A DNA stretch of 64,000 nt, from the NCBI GenBank assembly GCA_023334545.1, contig JAADVB010000017.1:62001-126000 (forward strand). The letters run 5' to 3'. How positions within the stretch are numbered: position 1 is the stretch's first letter; each line of letters opens with the position of its first letter. The translations under genes and the position numbers were made by a program. Below, one piece after another: positions 31,862-43,087 of this stretch. The notes under the pieces were generated by a model. It was not told the DNA's origin. It was given only the letters and a program-made list of their open reading frames with translations, and did no database searches. This DNA comes from Salisapilia sapeloensis CBS 127946. Taxonomy: Eukaryota; Protista; Oomycota.

Positions 31862-33038
31862 ATGAGGACACTTGGACGGGTACTTCATCGAACTCTAGGC
31901 AGCTTGAATGGTTTTCGATCTTTCTCTTCCTTTGCAACGGATGCAAAAGATGCTACACCAAGACTGAAGCGGAAACTCGGACAGCATATCCTTGTTTCGA
32001 ACAAATTATTGGAGCAGATCACGGCTGCTGCTGAGCTACCAATCATTCTATCTGACAAGCAAAGTCGTGGTGAGGATAAAGATACTGTCATTCGAGTACT
32101 TGAAATTGGACCAGGTACTGGAAACTTGACAGCTGCGTTATTGGCAGCCTCTCCTGCTGTGCACGTTCATGCGATCGAATTTGATCATCGGATGGTACCA
32201 AAGCTCGAAGAACGTTTCGAACAGGATGCTGATCGTTTGACGATCGAATGCAAAGACTTTGAAGACTTTCAGTTTTCATCTACGGAGAATAATTTGGAGG
32301 ATAAGGCCATAGAGTTCGATGCGTGCGTCGCTAACATCCCGTATCAACTCTCGTCTCTCGTCATCTCGAGACTTTTGACGTACATGCAGAGAAACCCTAC
32401 AACCTTTCGCTCTTCGGTACTACTAGTCCAAGACGAATTTGCTCTTCGTCTTATGGCCAAGTAAACTTCCACGTCTGTATCATAGGTATTGTATACTTAA
32501 CATGTTCCTACCTCTAGACCAGGCGACCAGAACTACACGAGATTGAGCGTGAATACAGGACTCATAGCTGACGTATCAAGTGTCAGGAAAGTGAGTCGAA
32601 GTCTCTTCATCCCTCCACCAAAAGTAGACTCGAGGGTCGTGAAGCTCGTTCCGAGTCAACAAGCGCTCTTACCAGACGTGTCCAAATCAGATTCACAATG
32701 GTTCCAGGTAAGCTTCCATCAGCCTTCTTCTACGCGCATTGTCCTCATGTAGAAACTTCTAGCGCTTCGATTCGCTCCTGCGTATCTGCTTCCATCGTAA
32801 GAACAAGACGTTACGTGCACTCCTTTTATCCAAGACAGCCAAGGCCCAAATGATTCTCCCCGACACCATGTCCGACGACATGTATAAATCAACGATCGAA
32901 GACATTTTGGAAGCATGTGATTTACAAGGCAAACGTGCTGTCCAGCTACCATCATCTACATTTATGCAGTTACTCGAGACGTTCGAATCGTATGACATTC
33001 ACATCATTCCAAGTGATACGCGTCACTTTCACATGTAA
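31862..33038 (+). CDS. rRNA adenine dimethyltransferase (KsgA/Dim1 family), probably mitochondrial, 3 exons
   Basis: Motifs KLGQHIL, VLEIGPGTGNLT, VANIPYQLS, KPGDQNYTRLSVN, PPPKVDSRVV and LLRICFHRKNKTLR. Introns 32461-32517 and 32708-32762. The Arg/Ser-rich, acid-free N-terminus resembles a mitochondrial presequence. Confidence 0.9.
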
Positions 33039-33149
33039 ACAATGAAATTCGTATCCAAATCTACCAAAGTAATGTCTTCTTGTTTGTTACCTCCAAAACC
33101 TATGCAAAATACAACGACCTAAATACGTCCATCTCCTTCACGTTCATCT

Positions 33150-34209
33150 TTATACGCCTGTACGATGACGCTTGAGCTTTGGCTGTCGTAGCAAAGGAGC
33201 TGCAGCAACGACTGCGTGCGTATCTTCTTCGTCTAGGTCTGAAATAGGTGAATCCTCTTCTGATCGTTGTCGTTTCAAAGCGTTAACAGGTTCTTTATCC
33301 ATCGAAGGCTTCTTAGGCGTCGGGAGGACTTGGATAAAATTGTCGTTGACAGATACACGTAGCTTTTGTTTCTTCCGATCGGAAGCGAATCGAGCTGTGG
33401 GAGAAGGTGGAGACCGTTGGAGTTTGTCCTCTCGCTCTGTTTCGGGAGTTTCATGGATTGTACTAGGTGGATTCTTGCGTTTCTTGGAGTGCCTAGAGGT
33501 AGAAGCCCATGTCTTTCGTGGGGGTGTCTTGGAAGAGTCTGTATGGGCAGACGAGATCGAGACATTGCCAATGCGCTTCGAGAGCGAAGATAAAAACTGG
33601 TTATTCGTATCGGGGGAAGAAGGTAATTGTGTTTCCTTCAACTCATCCATCGTCTCGACCTTTGGTTCTGCGTCGCTCGAAGTCGATCCTTTGCGTGTAT
33701 TGTCTACCTGTATCTTTTCTTCAGTAGAATCGCTTCCTTGCTCCTCTATTTCGCTTCTTTCGCTCGATGTACCCTTCATATGACTGTCAGACCTTTGCAT
33801 CTTTCTCGTAAGCTCTTCTATGGCTGCGAAGGCGTCCAATCCCATCTTCTTTAGTCGACCGATTTCCTAGTAGACGTGATATAAGCATGGTTTTTCATGG
33901 ATAATGGTAGAAAAGATGTACCTGTTTGACGATAAGAGCTCGCATAGCGTCCTCGTAATTCATCTGGAATTGCCGCATCACTCGTTTCACATCAGCTTTC
34001 GGTGGTTCTTCCGTCGAGTGCACGATACGCCGCAAGAGTTGTTGGACGGCGACATCTCGCTCGATATTTTGACAAAGGAGCGAGTGCAATTCATGCTTGA
34101 CGACCTGCTGAAAGTATTTCTGTGCTTCCCGCATCTTGGCGCTTTGGTGCAACGAATGTTTCGACTCGCTTTCTTGCCCACGCATTTCACTCGTTCTAGT
34201 CGACTCCAT
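33150..34209 (-). CDS. Uncharacterised protein (helical N-terminal domain, basic disordered tail with NLS-like motifs), 2 exons
   Basis: Intron 33867-33921 (55 nt, GTacat..ctactAG) joins RALIVKQ to EIGRLKKMG in frame. Exons are 288 and 717 nt. Confidence 0.75.
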
Positions 34210-34455
34210 CGTGCGTTCTTTCGATTGTCGTATAACGAAACAATAGACAGACTAGAATATACTCGTCTTGTACAAGTGAGAAAAAACGCAAGTCTAGTAT
34301 ACGTCAACGATGGATGGAAAAGAAGACACGCTCCTCTTCCTCTCTTCTTCTCGATTTATGTTTTGTGGTTTGGGCAATAACAACATTCACTTTTGTGGAG
34401 CGCTGAAACGGACCTCGACTGCTCAAGCAAGATTAAGACCTTACGAGTGTAAACG

Positions 34456-35008
34456 ATGGCACGGAGAGTCTCACAGAAGCGTAATGCAAAGAGCTATGAT
34501 CGTCCTGGTTTGACGGAAGAAGAAGTCGAGGAAATTCGAGAAGCGTTCAATCTTTTCGATACGGACGGTAGTGGTACGATCGACCCAAAGGAATTGAAAG
34601 CTGCGATGCAGTCCCTCGGATTTGAGGCAAAGAACCAGACCATCTATCAAATGATCGCAGATATAGATAAAGACGGGTCGGGTAGTATTGATTTCGAAGA
34701 GTTTCTCGACATGATGACAGCGAAAATGGTATGATGTGCATATTTGCAATTGGAGTTCTTCTAACGACGTATGCGGATAGAGCGACACGGACTCTCGAGA
34801 AGACATTCAGAAGGTTTTTAATCTATTCGACGATGATCAGACAGGCAAGATCTCTTTGCGCAACCTCAAGCGTGTTGCGAAAGAGTTAGGCGAGACCATG
34901 ACGGACGCTGAATTGCTTGAGATGATCGAACGTGCCGATACCGATCAGGACGGCGAGATCAATGCGGATGAATTCTATGCTATTATGACGAAAAAGACAT
35001 TTACGTAG
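34456..35008 (+). CDS. Centrin (caltractin), 4 EF-hands, 2 exons, 167 aa
   Basis: [32 protein letters not shown] ... [39 protein letters not shown]. Intron 34729-34780 (52 nt). Confidence 0.95.
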
Positions 35009-35041
35009 ATTGTCCAAATGACAACACATTCATTTCCATTC

Positions 35042-36118
35042 TTATTCTTCGACATTATCGTTCAAAGCCACACAGATTACAGCTTTGTGGTGACCAGTGT
35101 AGTGACGAACGGTCTCGCCTTGACTGACATCCCACAGCCGAGCGCTTTGATCCGATGAACATGTCACGAGGTAGGAGGATACGGCTGAGAAGGCGCAGTC
35201 CCATACCCATCGCTGGTGGCCTTGTAGCGTATGCAGCAGCCGACTCGGATCTACTGTCATGGACTTGTCTCCTTCATCGCTCCTGCCACCACTATCCGTC
35301 TCATCATCTTCACCTGGCATCTCTTCCTCCATAATACCAGCAATATTCCACACCTTAGCTGTCGAGTCAGAGGAACATGTTGCCAGCATACGACCGTCGT
35401 AGCTCACTTTGGACTTGAGAATGTAAGCGTCATGCGCCTGCAATGTCTTCCGGAGTTCATACCGGTCCGGTCCATTCGGCGCGTAAAAAAAGACTTGACC
35501 AAGGTTGTTGCTTGCAACCATGGCACTGGCATCCTTGACAATATCCACACATCTGATGGCACTTTCAGCTCCAGGTGGAGAGAACTTAGGCGACGTAACG
35601 CTGGAAGTGAGGTCGTGGACGTGAATATTTCCGTTCTGATCTCCGATAATTAGCTCTGCCTGGTTTGGATGCAATGCTATCGAGTTAATCGGTGCTCCAC
35701 CACAGTCAAAGCTTCGCTGGGCGGAGGGAGCTCGTAGATCCCAGATCTTGACCGTCCCATCGTCCGAACAAGAGTACATCCATTTGCCATGACGTTGGAA
35801 TCCGACACCTGTGACGTTCCCAACGTGTCCATCGTAGCTCGTAACGTGGTTGGGATTATTGCTATTGATCTCAAACAATCGGATGTTCGGGTTCCCTGCT
35901 GCCGCGATGTATTTACGATCGGGTGTAATCTGAAGGCAATTCACTTGCTAGTAAAGTCGATAAAACGTTGTCAGTATGGAGTATTTAAGCGTCAAAAGTT
36001 GTCTAGAGAGAGGTACCGAATCAGGGTACTTGACCGTACGATTGCAAGTACCGGAAGCTGCCTCCCAAAAGCGAATGGTATGGTCATAACCTGCCGTCGC
36101 TAATACCACGTTCGACAT
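35042..36118 (-). CDS. LST8: TOR complex subunit LST8 (WD40), 2 exons
   Basis: [20 protein letters not shown]...[25 protein letters not shown]...[11 protein letters not shown]. Intron 35948-36016 (69 nt). Confidence 0.95.
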
Positions 36119-36230
36119 TTTGAGTTCGTTGTTTGATGTTGTGTACGAAAAACTATCTAAAAGAATGTATACTGTATACACATTTGTAACATTTAGTCAG
36201 CCATATTTACATTTGCAAGCGCAAATAAGG

Positions 36231-36852
36231 ATGAAGACGATTGTCTTCCTATTACTACTACAGGCGCTATGTCTGGTATATGGCTATCAAGTAGACTCTA
36301 CAACTCCTCCGACGCCTGATACGAGGTCGCTACGCCAACCTGCGGAGACGAAAAGCGCTCGCGTCGTCCATCGAGCGTATGACCCAGTCACCGGGCTCTT
36401 CTGTGACCTCGTGGGAGCGTGCTACCCTTGCGCTGAAAGCGAAAAGGTAGTGCTGTATCACTCGAGTATATATATTATAAGCTAACTTTTCTTTGCTAGG
36501 ACATTGATCATTGTCGACAGACGCAGCATAAGCAGGAAATGCGATGTCCTCGTTCGAACGGGACGTACGGTCAGTTCGATCACGTAGAGCAAGATGAAAT
36601 TCGATTCAAAGCCTGCGACCCAGAAGAAGAACCAGAGCCGATCGTGCACGTTGCATTCTTCGAGGTATTCTCATTACTTGTGATTGTTATAGAAAAAGTA
36701 TTAAAAGGAGATAGATGGCAATGATGGCATTATTCGGAACATCTTTCGTCCTCTTAAAGAGAGAACAGCGCAAGCACATGAGCGCCTTTGACTTGCGTAA
36801 AGAACCTCAGCAACGTTCGAATCTGATGGGCAAGCATAAAGGCAATGATTAA
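36231..36852 (+). CDS. JTB-like (jumping translocation breakpoint family) type-I membrane protein, 3 exons, 172 aa
   Basis: Exons 36231-36446, 36500-36664 and 36715-36852, all phase 0. Signal peptide, six-Cys ectodomain (CDLVGACYPC..HC..MRC..FKAC), VAFFE-TM helix and a basic tail. JTB similarity is recognised from the Cys pattern only. Confidence 0.7.
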
Positions 36853-36886
36853 ATGTCAAAATGGTTGCATTCAAGTACTAGACACT

Positions 36887-37432
36887 CTATTTTCGAAACG
36901 TTCCTTTGAGCTTTGGCAAAATCGGTGGCGCATCGACACGTTCATTGAAGCGTACGTTTTCAGCACCATCAAACTTGTCCTTCTTACGTGACCCCGTTTG
37001 CTGGAACTCCTTCTCATAACGTTCTTGATCCGTCATCTTCTTCTCCTTCTTCTTCTCCTTGCGTTTGTTCAAGAAAGCTTTTCGCTTTTCACTCGATTTC
37101 TTCGACTTCTTCGCTTCTTGTGTGACTACTTGGCGTACTTCGGCATTCAGACGCTTGTTAAACTGTCTGATGGACTCATTCGGCTTAATCGAACTAAACT
37201 TTGACTTCTTTTTGGCACCAGGGTCGCTGCTATCGACAACAGAAGAATTGACAACGAATTGCTCAATCGAACTGACGTCTGCTGCCTTGCGTTTCCGCTT
37301 TTTCGATCGCTTCGATTCGGTCGGAGGTAAATCTTTACCACCACCAGCACCCTTCTTCTTTCCACTATCTCGAGTACCTTTAAAAAAAGGGTCACATGCC
37401 TTGAGCTTTCGCTTGGAAGCTAGTCTTCCCAT
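36887..37432 (-). CDS. Lys-rich nucleolar-type protein (CCDC137-like)
   Basis: Likely start ATG 37432 (MGRLASKRKLKACDPF). Motifs IKPNESIRQFNKRL and VRFNERVDAPPIL resemble the CCDC137 family. Confidence 0.7.
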   Translation of the reverse strand: MGRLASKRKLKACDPFFKGTRDSGKKKGAGGGKDLPPTESKRSKKRKRKAADVSSIEQFVVNSSVVDSSDPGAKKKSKFSSIKPNESIRQFNKRLNAEVRQVVTQEAKKSKKSSEKRKAFLNKRKEKKKEKKMTDQERYEKEFQQTGSRKKDKFDGAENVRFNERVDAPPILPKLKGTFRK

Positions 37433-37569
37433 TCTTGTCGATGTGTTGGTGACTGGTGTCAAATCTCCCGAAGCGGTATACAAAAATAGAGTATAGATCT
37501 TGAAGGGGTGCATGTAGCCATATTTCAGAGGTTTCAAGTGCCATTCGATAAACTTTACGAAGAGGAAGC

Positions 37570-38369
37570 ATGTACATGCACACGACGTCCATCCACTCGT
37601 CTCGACGGAAGCGTACGAGACTCACATCCTCACGACTTCGTCGATCGAAGTTGCTGACGGAAGTTGCTATCCGAAAACTGAACTTGGATCCGGAGAAGAC
37701 GGAGCGAATGGAACACATTTCAGAGCAACTGTCGGCCGATGAAATTGAGTTTTTTACCCATATCTTCAAGCAGATCGATGGTAACTAGTGCTCATATGTG
37801 TTTGTGGAGTTTATGCACGACTGTTGTACGTAGTGGATGAAATCGGCATCATGTTACGCTCGGAACTGCACGAGGTAGATACTTTCGACGTGGAAGCTAT
37901 GCCAATTGCTTATATTATATTCTACTAGGGCCTCACGTTGCTCGGTGTATCCGTGACGGATAAAGAACTGGATGAGTATCTACTGATTGCCGATGCAGAC
38001 GGTAGCAAAGCGATTGATCTCCAAGAATGGATCGTATTATGTGGGATGCTGGTGAAACCACCTCACGATGAACAAGACATTCTGTCCGCATTCAACTGTC
38101 TCTTTCCAAACGAAGAAGACATACCTGTTGTCGTCTTTCGTACGAAAATGCAGCGATTGCTTGAAAACGCCTATGCCCATCTCCCAGATTGCAACCAGCA
38201 CGAAGTCAGTTGTTACGTCGATGACATCTTAAGTTGTCTCGATCCCAACGACACGGAATGCATCGACGTCCAAGAGTGTGTTCGACTTCTATCAAGCACC
38301 CACCAGTCTACAGCCACTCCAGCCTTCGCTTCAGCAGATACCACGTCGTCGACAGCCGAAACGGAATAG
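37570..38369 (+). CDS. Calmodulin-like EF-hand protein, 3 exons
   Basis: Introns 37781-37833 and 37875-37928 join the segments in frame. EF loops DVDEIGIMLRSE, DADGSKAIDLQE and DPNDTECIDVQE. Confidence 0.75.
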
Positions 38370-38535
38370 AATAAAATAAGATAAACTTTTCTTTAACATG
38401 TTATCCGAAGGTCGCGCGAATATCTGAGTATGAAGAAGAACATATACTCAAGGTGGAATCGGGATCGTTTTCTACCTTCTTGCGCTTAGAACTGTACTTT
38501 GCGTCCACTTCCGATAATTAAACTTACTTGATACG

Positions 38536-40804
38536 ATGGCCATGCACGCCTCCACGTCTGAAGACAGTGACGGTCAATTTTGGCAAGATCTTGTCGAAAA
38601 TAGCGTCGAGTGCGAGTTATGCAATGAACCGTACGATGATGAAGACACACACGTACCGCGTTTACTCACTTGCGGACATACTTTCTGTCAGGTATGTACT
38701 CCCCCGTCTACCTGCTCCTCTAATTTGTATTTATGATCATGATATATAGCAATGTCTCGAAGACTGGTCGACTACACCGCACCATACTCGTGCAGACGTC
38801 GGCGATCTGGCCGTCATGGACTGCCCCACCTGTCGTAATCGTACGTCCTATGACGGAGCGGCCGGTGCACGTAGTTTACCTAAAAACTACGAACTCCTTC
38901 GCGTCCGTCAGGAGATTAAATCCTATTCTCAGTCTCAATTAAACCATCTCAAGGCTCGTTGGAACACGCGTGTATCGGAAAAGGAAGAGATGGCTCGGAA
39001 AGCTCAGATGCAGGCTTTGAAAGCGCAGGAAGAATCGGAAGCAGCGGCGGAACGAGCAGCCACTTTGGCTGAACAAGTCCAATTGAACGAACAGGAGAAG
39101 AAGAGTGCGCAGGATATGGCTGAGGAAGCTCGACAGAGGGCGTTGCAAGCTTCGAAGCAAGCGGAAGCGCTGCAGTCCGAGACCGACCAACTAAAGGAAC
39201 AGCTACGACAGGAAGCGACGCAGCTCGCACGTGTCCAAAGCGATGCGTCGACTGCCGCGCAAGCTGCGAAGGAGATGAACGCGCGAGCAGAGATGCTTCA
39301 GCAGCAAGTAGACAAGGTCAGTGCTCAATTATCTCTTCATTCCGGACGTCATGATCCGTCCAAACTCGTTGTTCTGGTGTGTGAACCGACGACCGTCGGA
39401 TCGTGGCTTCTTCCCTATACGCGTTATACCGTCATCAGTTGTGCGAGCGACAGTGCTCAGCCTCTAGATGCGTATGAAGCAGCGAAGACATGGACAAAGA
39501 CTCGAGAGTTAGCGGAAAAGAGCTCTTCTGTCCGCGTCTATCGTCGCTATAGTGACTTTGTGTGGCTGCATCGACAACTACGTCGTCGTTTTCCATTCGA
39601 ACTCGTACCAAAGCTCCCTGGCAAGCAACTTTTCTTTAATAAAGACAAGGAGTTTGTCGGTGAACGCATGCGACTGCTCCAGGCTTTTGTTCGTGACGTC
39701 CTGCGTCAATCGTCTCTTGCGTCTGCACAAGACGTTCGATCGTTCCTTTTGTCCACGACGGAAGAGCTCGAGCAGATCCGAAAGGCTTCCAGTATGGTCG
39801 GAGATGAAGTGGAGCAAGGAGATCAGTCGTGGATGGAAGAAGAGGCGACGTGGGATGAGCTAGAACCAACGATGGAAGAGAATAGCTCGAACCTCTCGAC
39901 TAGCCCAGCTTTAAGTTCATGGGCAAATTGGGACAATGTGTCCAAGTGGACGTCGACTGCTGTGAGTTTCGTGAGTTCAACAGGCTCGAAACTCAGTCAG
40001 AATCTACAGAAGAAGGAGCGGAAGCAAAAGGAGGATCGAGGTGAGATGGAGTTATCCAGGAGTCTCGTCTTGCCGCATGAAGAAGGGTACGATCCTTCCC
40101 TCATGGATGGGAAGAAGAAGAATGTCCAACGTGTCGAGTTGAGACGACAGTACATTGATATCGGACAAAAGTATGAAGACGCGAGTCAAAAAGGTGGACA
40201 CCTGGCGCGATTGGAACGACAGCGATCGAGACACTTGCATCGTGTGTCAGAGCTTTTGCATGCGATGGATACGTTGGATCAAGATGCTTTACGTAAGACC
40301 AAGGAACGTCTCGCGGCATCGACGGATGGACGCATGGGTCAGGATGATGATCTGCGCTTTGAAGCTCGGACGTTTGATGCGAGAGCGTCCGATACGTTCA
40401 GTGCGTTTTCGCTTGGTGCGAAGAACCATGCCGACTGTGGCGAGTATGCGTTGCTGGAAGTCATGCGGATGCAGACGCTCGAACTGGGTGCGATTGAAGA
40501 CGCGTTCACGCGTATTCGTAAACGTGAAGAAGCGTTGACAAAGGCATCGCACGCGTCTTCCAAAGCGGGATCTCAGGCAGCTGCGAATGAAACGCTCGGG
40601 TCGTGGCAAGCGACGGCACAGCGGAAGACGGAGCTGCGTCGACATCGGGAAGATGTGATGGATAAGGTGGAGGCGATGGATCCGAAGCGAGCGGCGTTTG
40701 TGGCACAGACGCTTGCGAGAGGTGCGATGGAGATGGTGACGTTGGCAAAGGAACGTCGAGAGTTGTTTGAAGACTCGTACAAGCAACTCAAGTGGAAGCG
40801 CTGA
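38536..40804 (+). CDS. RING finger - coiled coil - PX domain - helical (BAR-like) sorting nexin, 2 exons
   Basis: Intron 38692-38749 (58 nt) completes a C3HC4 RING: CELC..CGHTFCQQC..CPTC. PX motif VYRRYSDFVWLHRQLRRRFPFELVPKLPGK..ERMRLLQAFV. Confidence 0.88.
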
Positions 40805-40853
40805 AGATATATATATTTGCATTTAGAAAAAGAAATAAAAACAAATCGACTTT

Positions 40854-41564
40854 TTACTGCGTATAGGCTGTGTATGGTGGTGCGACTTTCGCGCAATACG
40901 TTTGCATGGATGGTAAATCGAACTCGACTGGGTGTTTGAAGGCCGAGACATTGCTGACTGCTTTTGATCTCTCCTTTCTACGTGGCACTGTCTTCGTTGG
41001 AGATGGAGCAGATACGAGTGACGCGATGAGCTTTTCATACTGTTCGAACTGGTTTTCAGTCGTGTCGATTAAATCCTTGAGCTCTTCCACTGGTAATCTA
41101 CTAGAGGTGTCCGGTAGACAGCACTCGAACGCCGTCTCGAGGTTGGTGGCGAGAGCTTCGCCTAGTTCCACGAGCTGTCTTGCATGGTCCCATGCAGGCT
41201 CAATGGTATTCTTACTCGAAAGTTCCGTATGCGTAGCAAAGCATTTCATCCATGCGAGTTTCCCACGAACTAGTAGGCCCGGTAATTGCTTTTGGAGCGC
41301 AACAAGACGTTCGGTCGCCTTTTGCCTCGTTTCAAAAGCAAAGTACTGATTTGCACTGAGACCGTTCTGGTCTACGAGAGAGCCTGCTCTACTTGATGGC
41401 ACGCATGTAGAGCTGCGCTGAAGAGAAAGTCGAGCATTCGACAATTTGTGACACAGTAAACCGGAATGCTCAGAGAGTTTGCTTCCATTACTACTTTGTT
41501 CTGGACTACTGTGTAGATTTCGCAAGCTCGACTCAAACCTGTTTAACTTCCAGGACTTCTCCAT
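40854..41564 (-). CDS. Uncharacterised helical protein; possibly only the 3' exon of a longer gene
   Basis: 236-aa ORF with amphipathic/coiled-coil character in its C-terminal two thirds. A strong internal acceptor (ctttctcttcAG near 41417) suggests the true 5' structure may differ. Confidence 0.5.
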   Translation of the reverse strand: MEKSWKLNRFESSLRNLHSSPEQSSNGSKLSEHSGLLCHKLSNARLSLQRSSTCVPSSRAGSLVDQNGLSANQYFAFETRQKATERLVALQKQLPGLLVRGKLAWMKCFATHTELSSKNTIEPAWDHARQLVELGEALATNLETAFECCLPDTSSRLPVEELKDLIDTTENQFEQYEKLIASLVSAPSPTKTVPRRKERSKAVSNVSAFKHPVEFDLPSMQTYCAKVAPPYTAYTQ

Positions 41565-43087
41565 CCTGCTTGCTCAACGTGTGCTGATTAGTTGTAAGCA
41601 AATTGTATTTATAGCGAAGAAACTTTACATCTAATGAAATGGTACTCTTGCTTGATTGAGTTCTACTGCTACTGATAGTTCTTCTTAATGCTTTGTCGAC
41701 CGACTCGGACATATCAGCTCGATCTGAGGGGCTTTATTATTACTTCACACTGCATCACTTGCGTACTTCTTTGCAACTCGAAATTAAGGTCGGCAAGGTG
41801 TTCGTAACCAATATAGTTGGGCTGAAGTCATATTTAAATGTGATGAACATTGATTTACCACTTTCTCTATGTTTCCAATTTATTTGTTGTGCGTACCAGT
41901 ATGTCCTGGCGCATTGTGGGTTTGCAAGCTGACACCGAGCGTTTACAAGTGTATATATTCATAAATTAAAGCTCAATACAACTTGTCAAAGGTTGTATAC
42001 CTATCCACAAGTGACTGAAATTTGCAGTAAAAGATCAAAAGCCGTACTGGAGGCATCGACGAAGTGTTTGTGAAGCAGATAATCGGGTAATATTGAGCGG
42101 GTATTATGCATCGTGACCAAACTCGCAAAACCCAGAATAGGAGTCATTGTCCAAGTCTTTGGCGGCACATTCTATGCTCACGTCGCTCTCTACCTTTCCT
42201 TTTCTATCCACGTATATCGTCCACTCTTCAGCCAAGCTTTGGTGGGTTATAGCGTCGAGCGTATCCTCAGAAGCCCTTCAGGTTGAAGTCGCATTCGATT
42301 TATTCCCGACATTGATCTCTTCGCCATTTCATTGGGACGGAGTACAGTGTGAGTCAAAAATGTTGGCTAATTATTCCATCATACCACTGTACGATGCCTA
42401 TCCCGAAATAATAGCGAAGGGCTCACTAGCGCAAGTAAAGCGAAGAGCTCACCAAGTCTTTCGCGCGCTTTTTCAAATTTGCACATTTTGACTTCCAGGC
42501 GTGGCTCGTAGTCTTCTCGAAGATCGTTTCCCCATGATTGCATCAAAGACGAACGATCATTTGCTTGCATATTCCTTGTTTGAGAGGAAAGCTATATTGA
42601 AGTGTTGTGTTAGGTTTTTAATGGCAAGTGGCAAACACACTCGGCTATTCTCAACGAACGCGAAATTGCCCGATTTAACTTTTATGAAAAGAATAACGAA
42701 AGATAAATTCCAATGTTACCGAAGCAATATTCAGCGCGAATACGGCCTAAAAATTAAGGAGCTGAACATACTTTTTACTATACGGATGTTCTCTGCAACT
42801 TTTCAATCCTTACAGTTCTATCTTTCCAGTAACTTAGTGTGTATCCTCATGCTTTTTATATGTGATGAGCTCAGTGTGGCGTTTCTTTCATCATCTACTT
42901 CAACCGCCTTATTCTCCTCTCGTGATTTTAAATGTGTTTGGGCTACTTGCTCACCATCGGATGACCACACCAAACTCAACCGATCTTTGTCGATTTCCTC
43001 GACACCATTTTACTATTTTCCCATTTATTCCATCCTCACCAAGACACTATCAAAGATAAAAAGTACGAAAAGAACATGATTCCAAAA

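Noticed and set aside
31730-31888. 53-aa N-terminal extension of the Ca-ATPase ORF, and the similar extension 44816-44941 of the histone-fold gene
   Set aside because: AT-rich promoter-like sequence; the former would overlap the start of the divergent Dim1 gene.
42501-43079. 192-aa + strand ORF
   Set aside because: Starts at GTG, has low-information composition partly mirroring a hydrophilic minus-strand frame, and has no motifs. Not called as a gene; the region is reported as unresolved instead.
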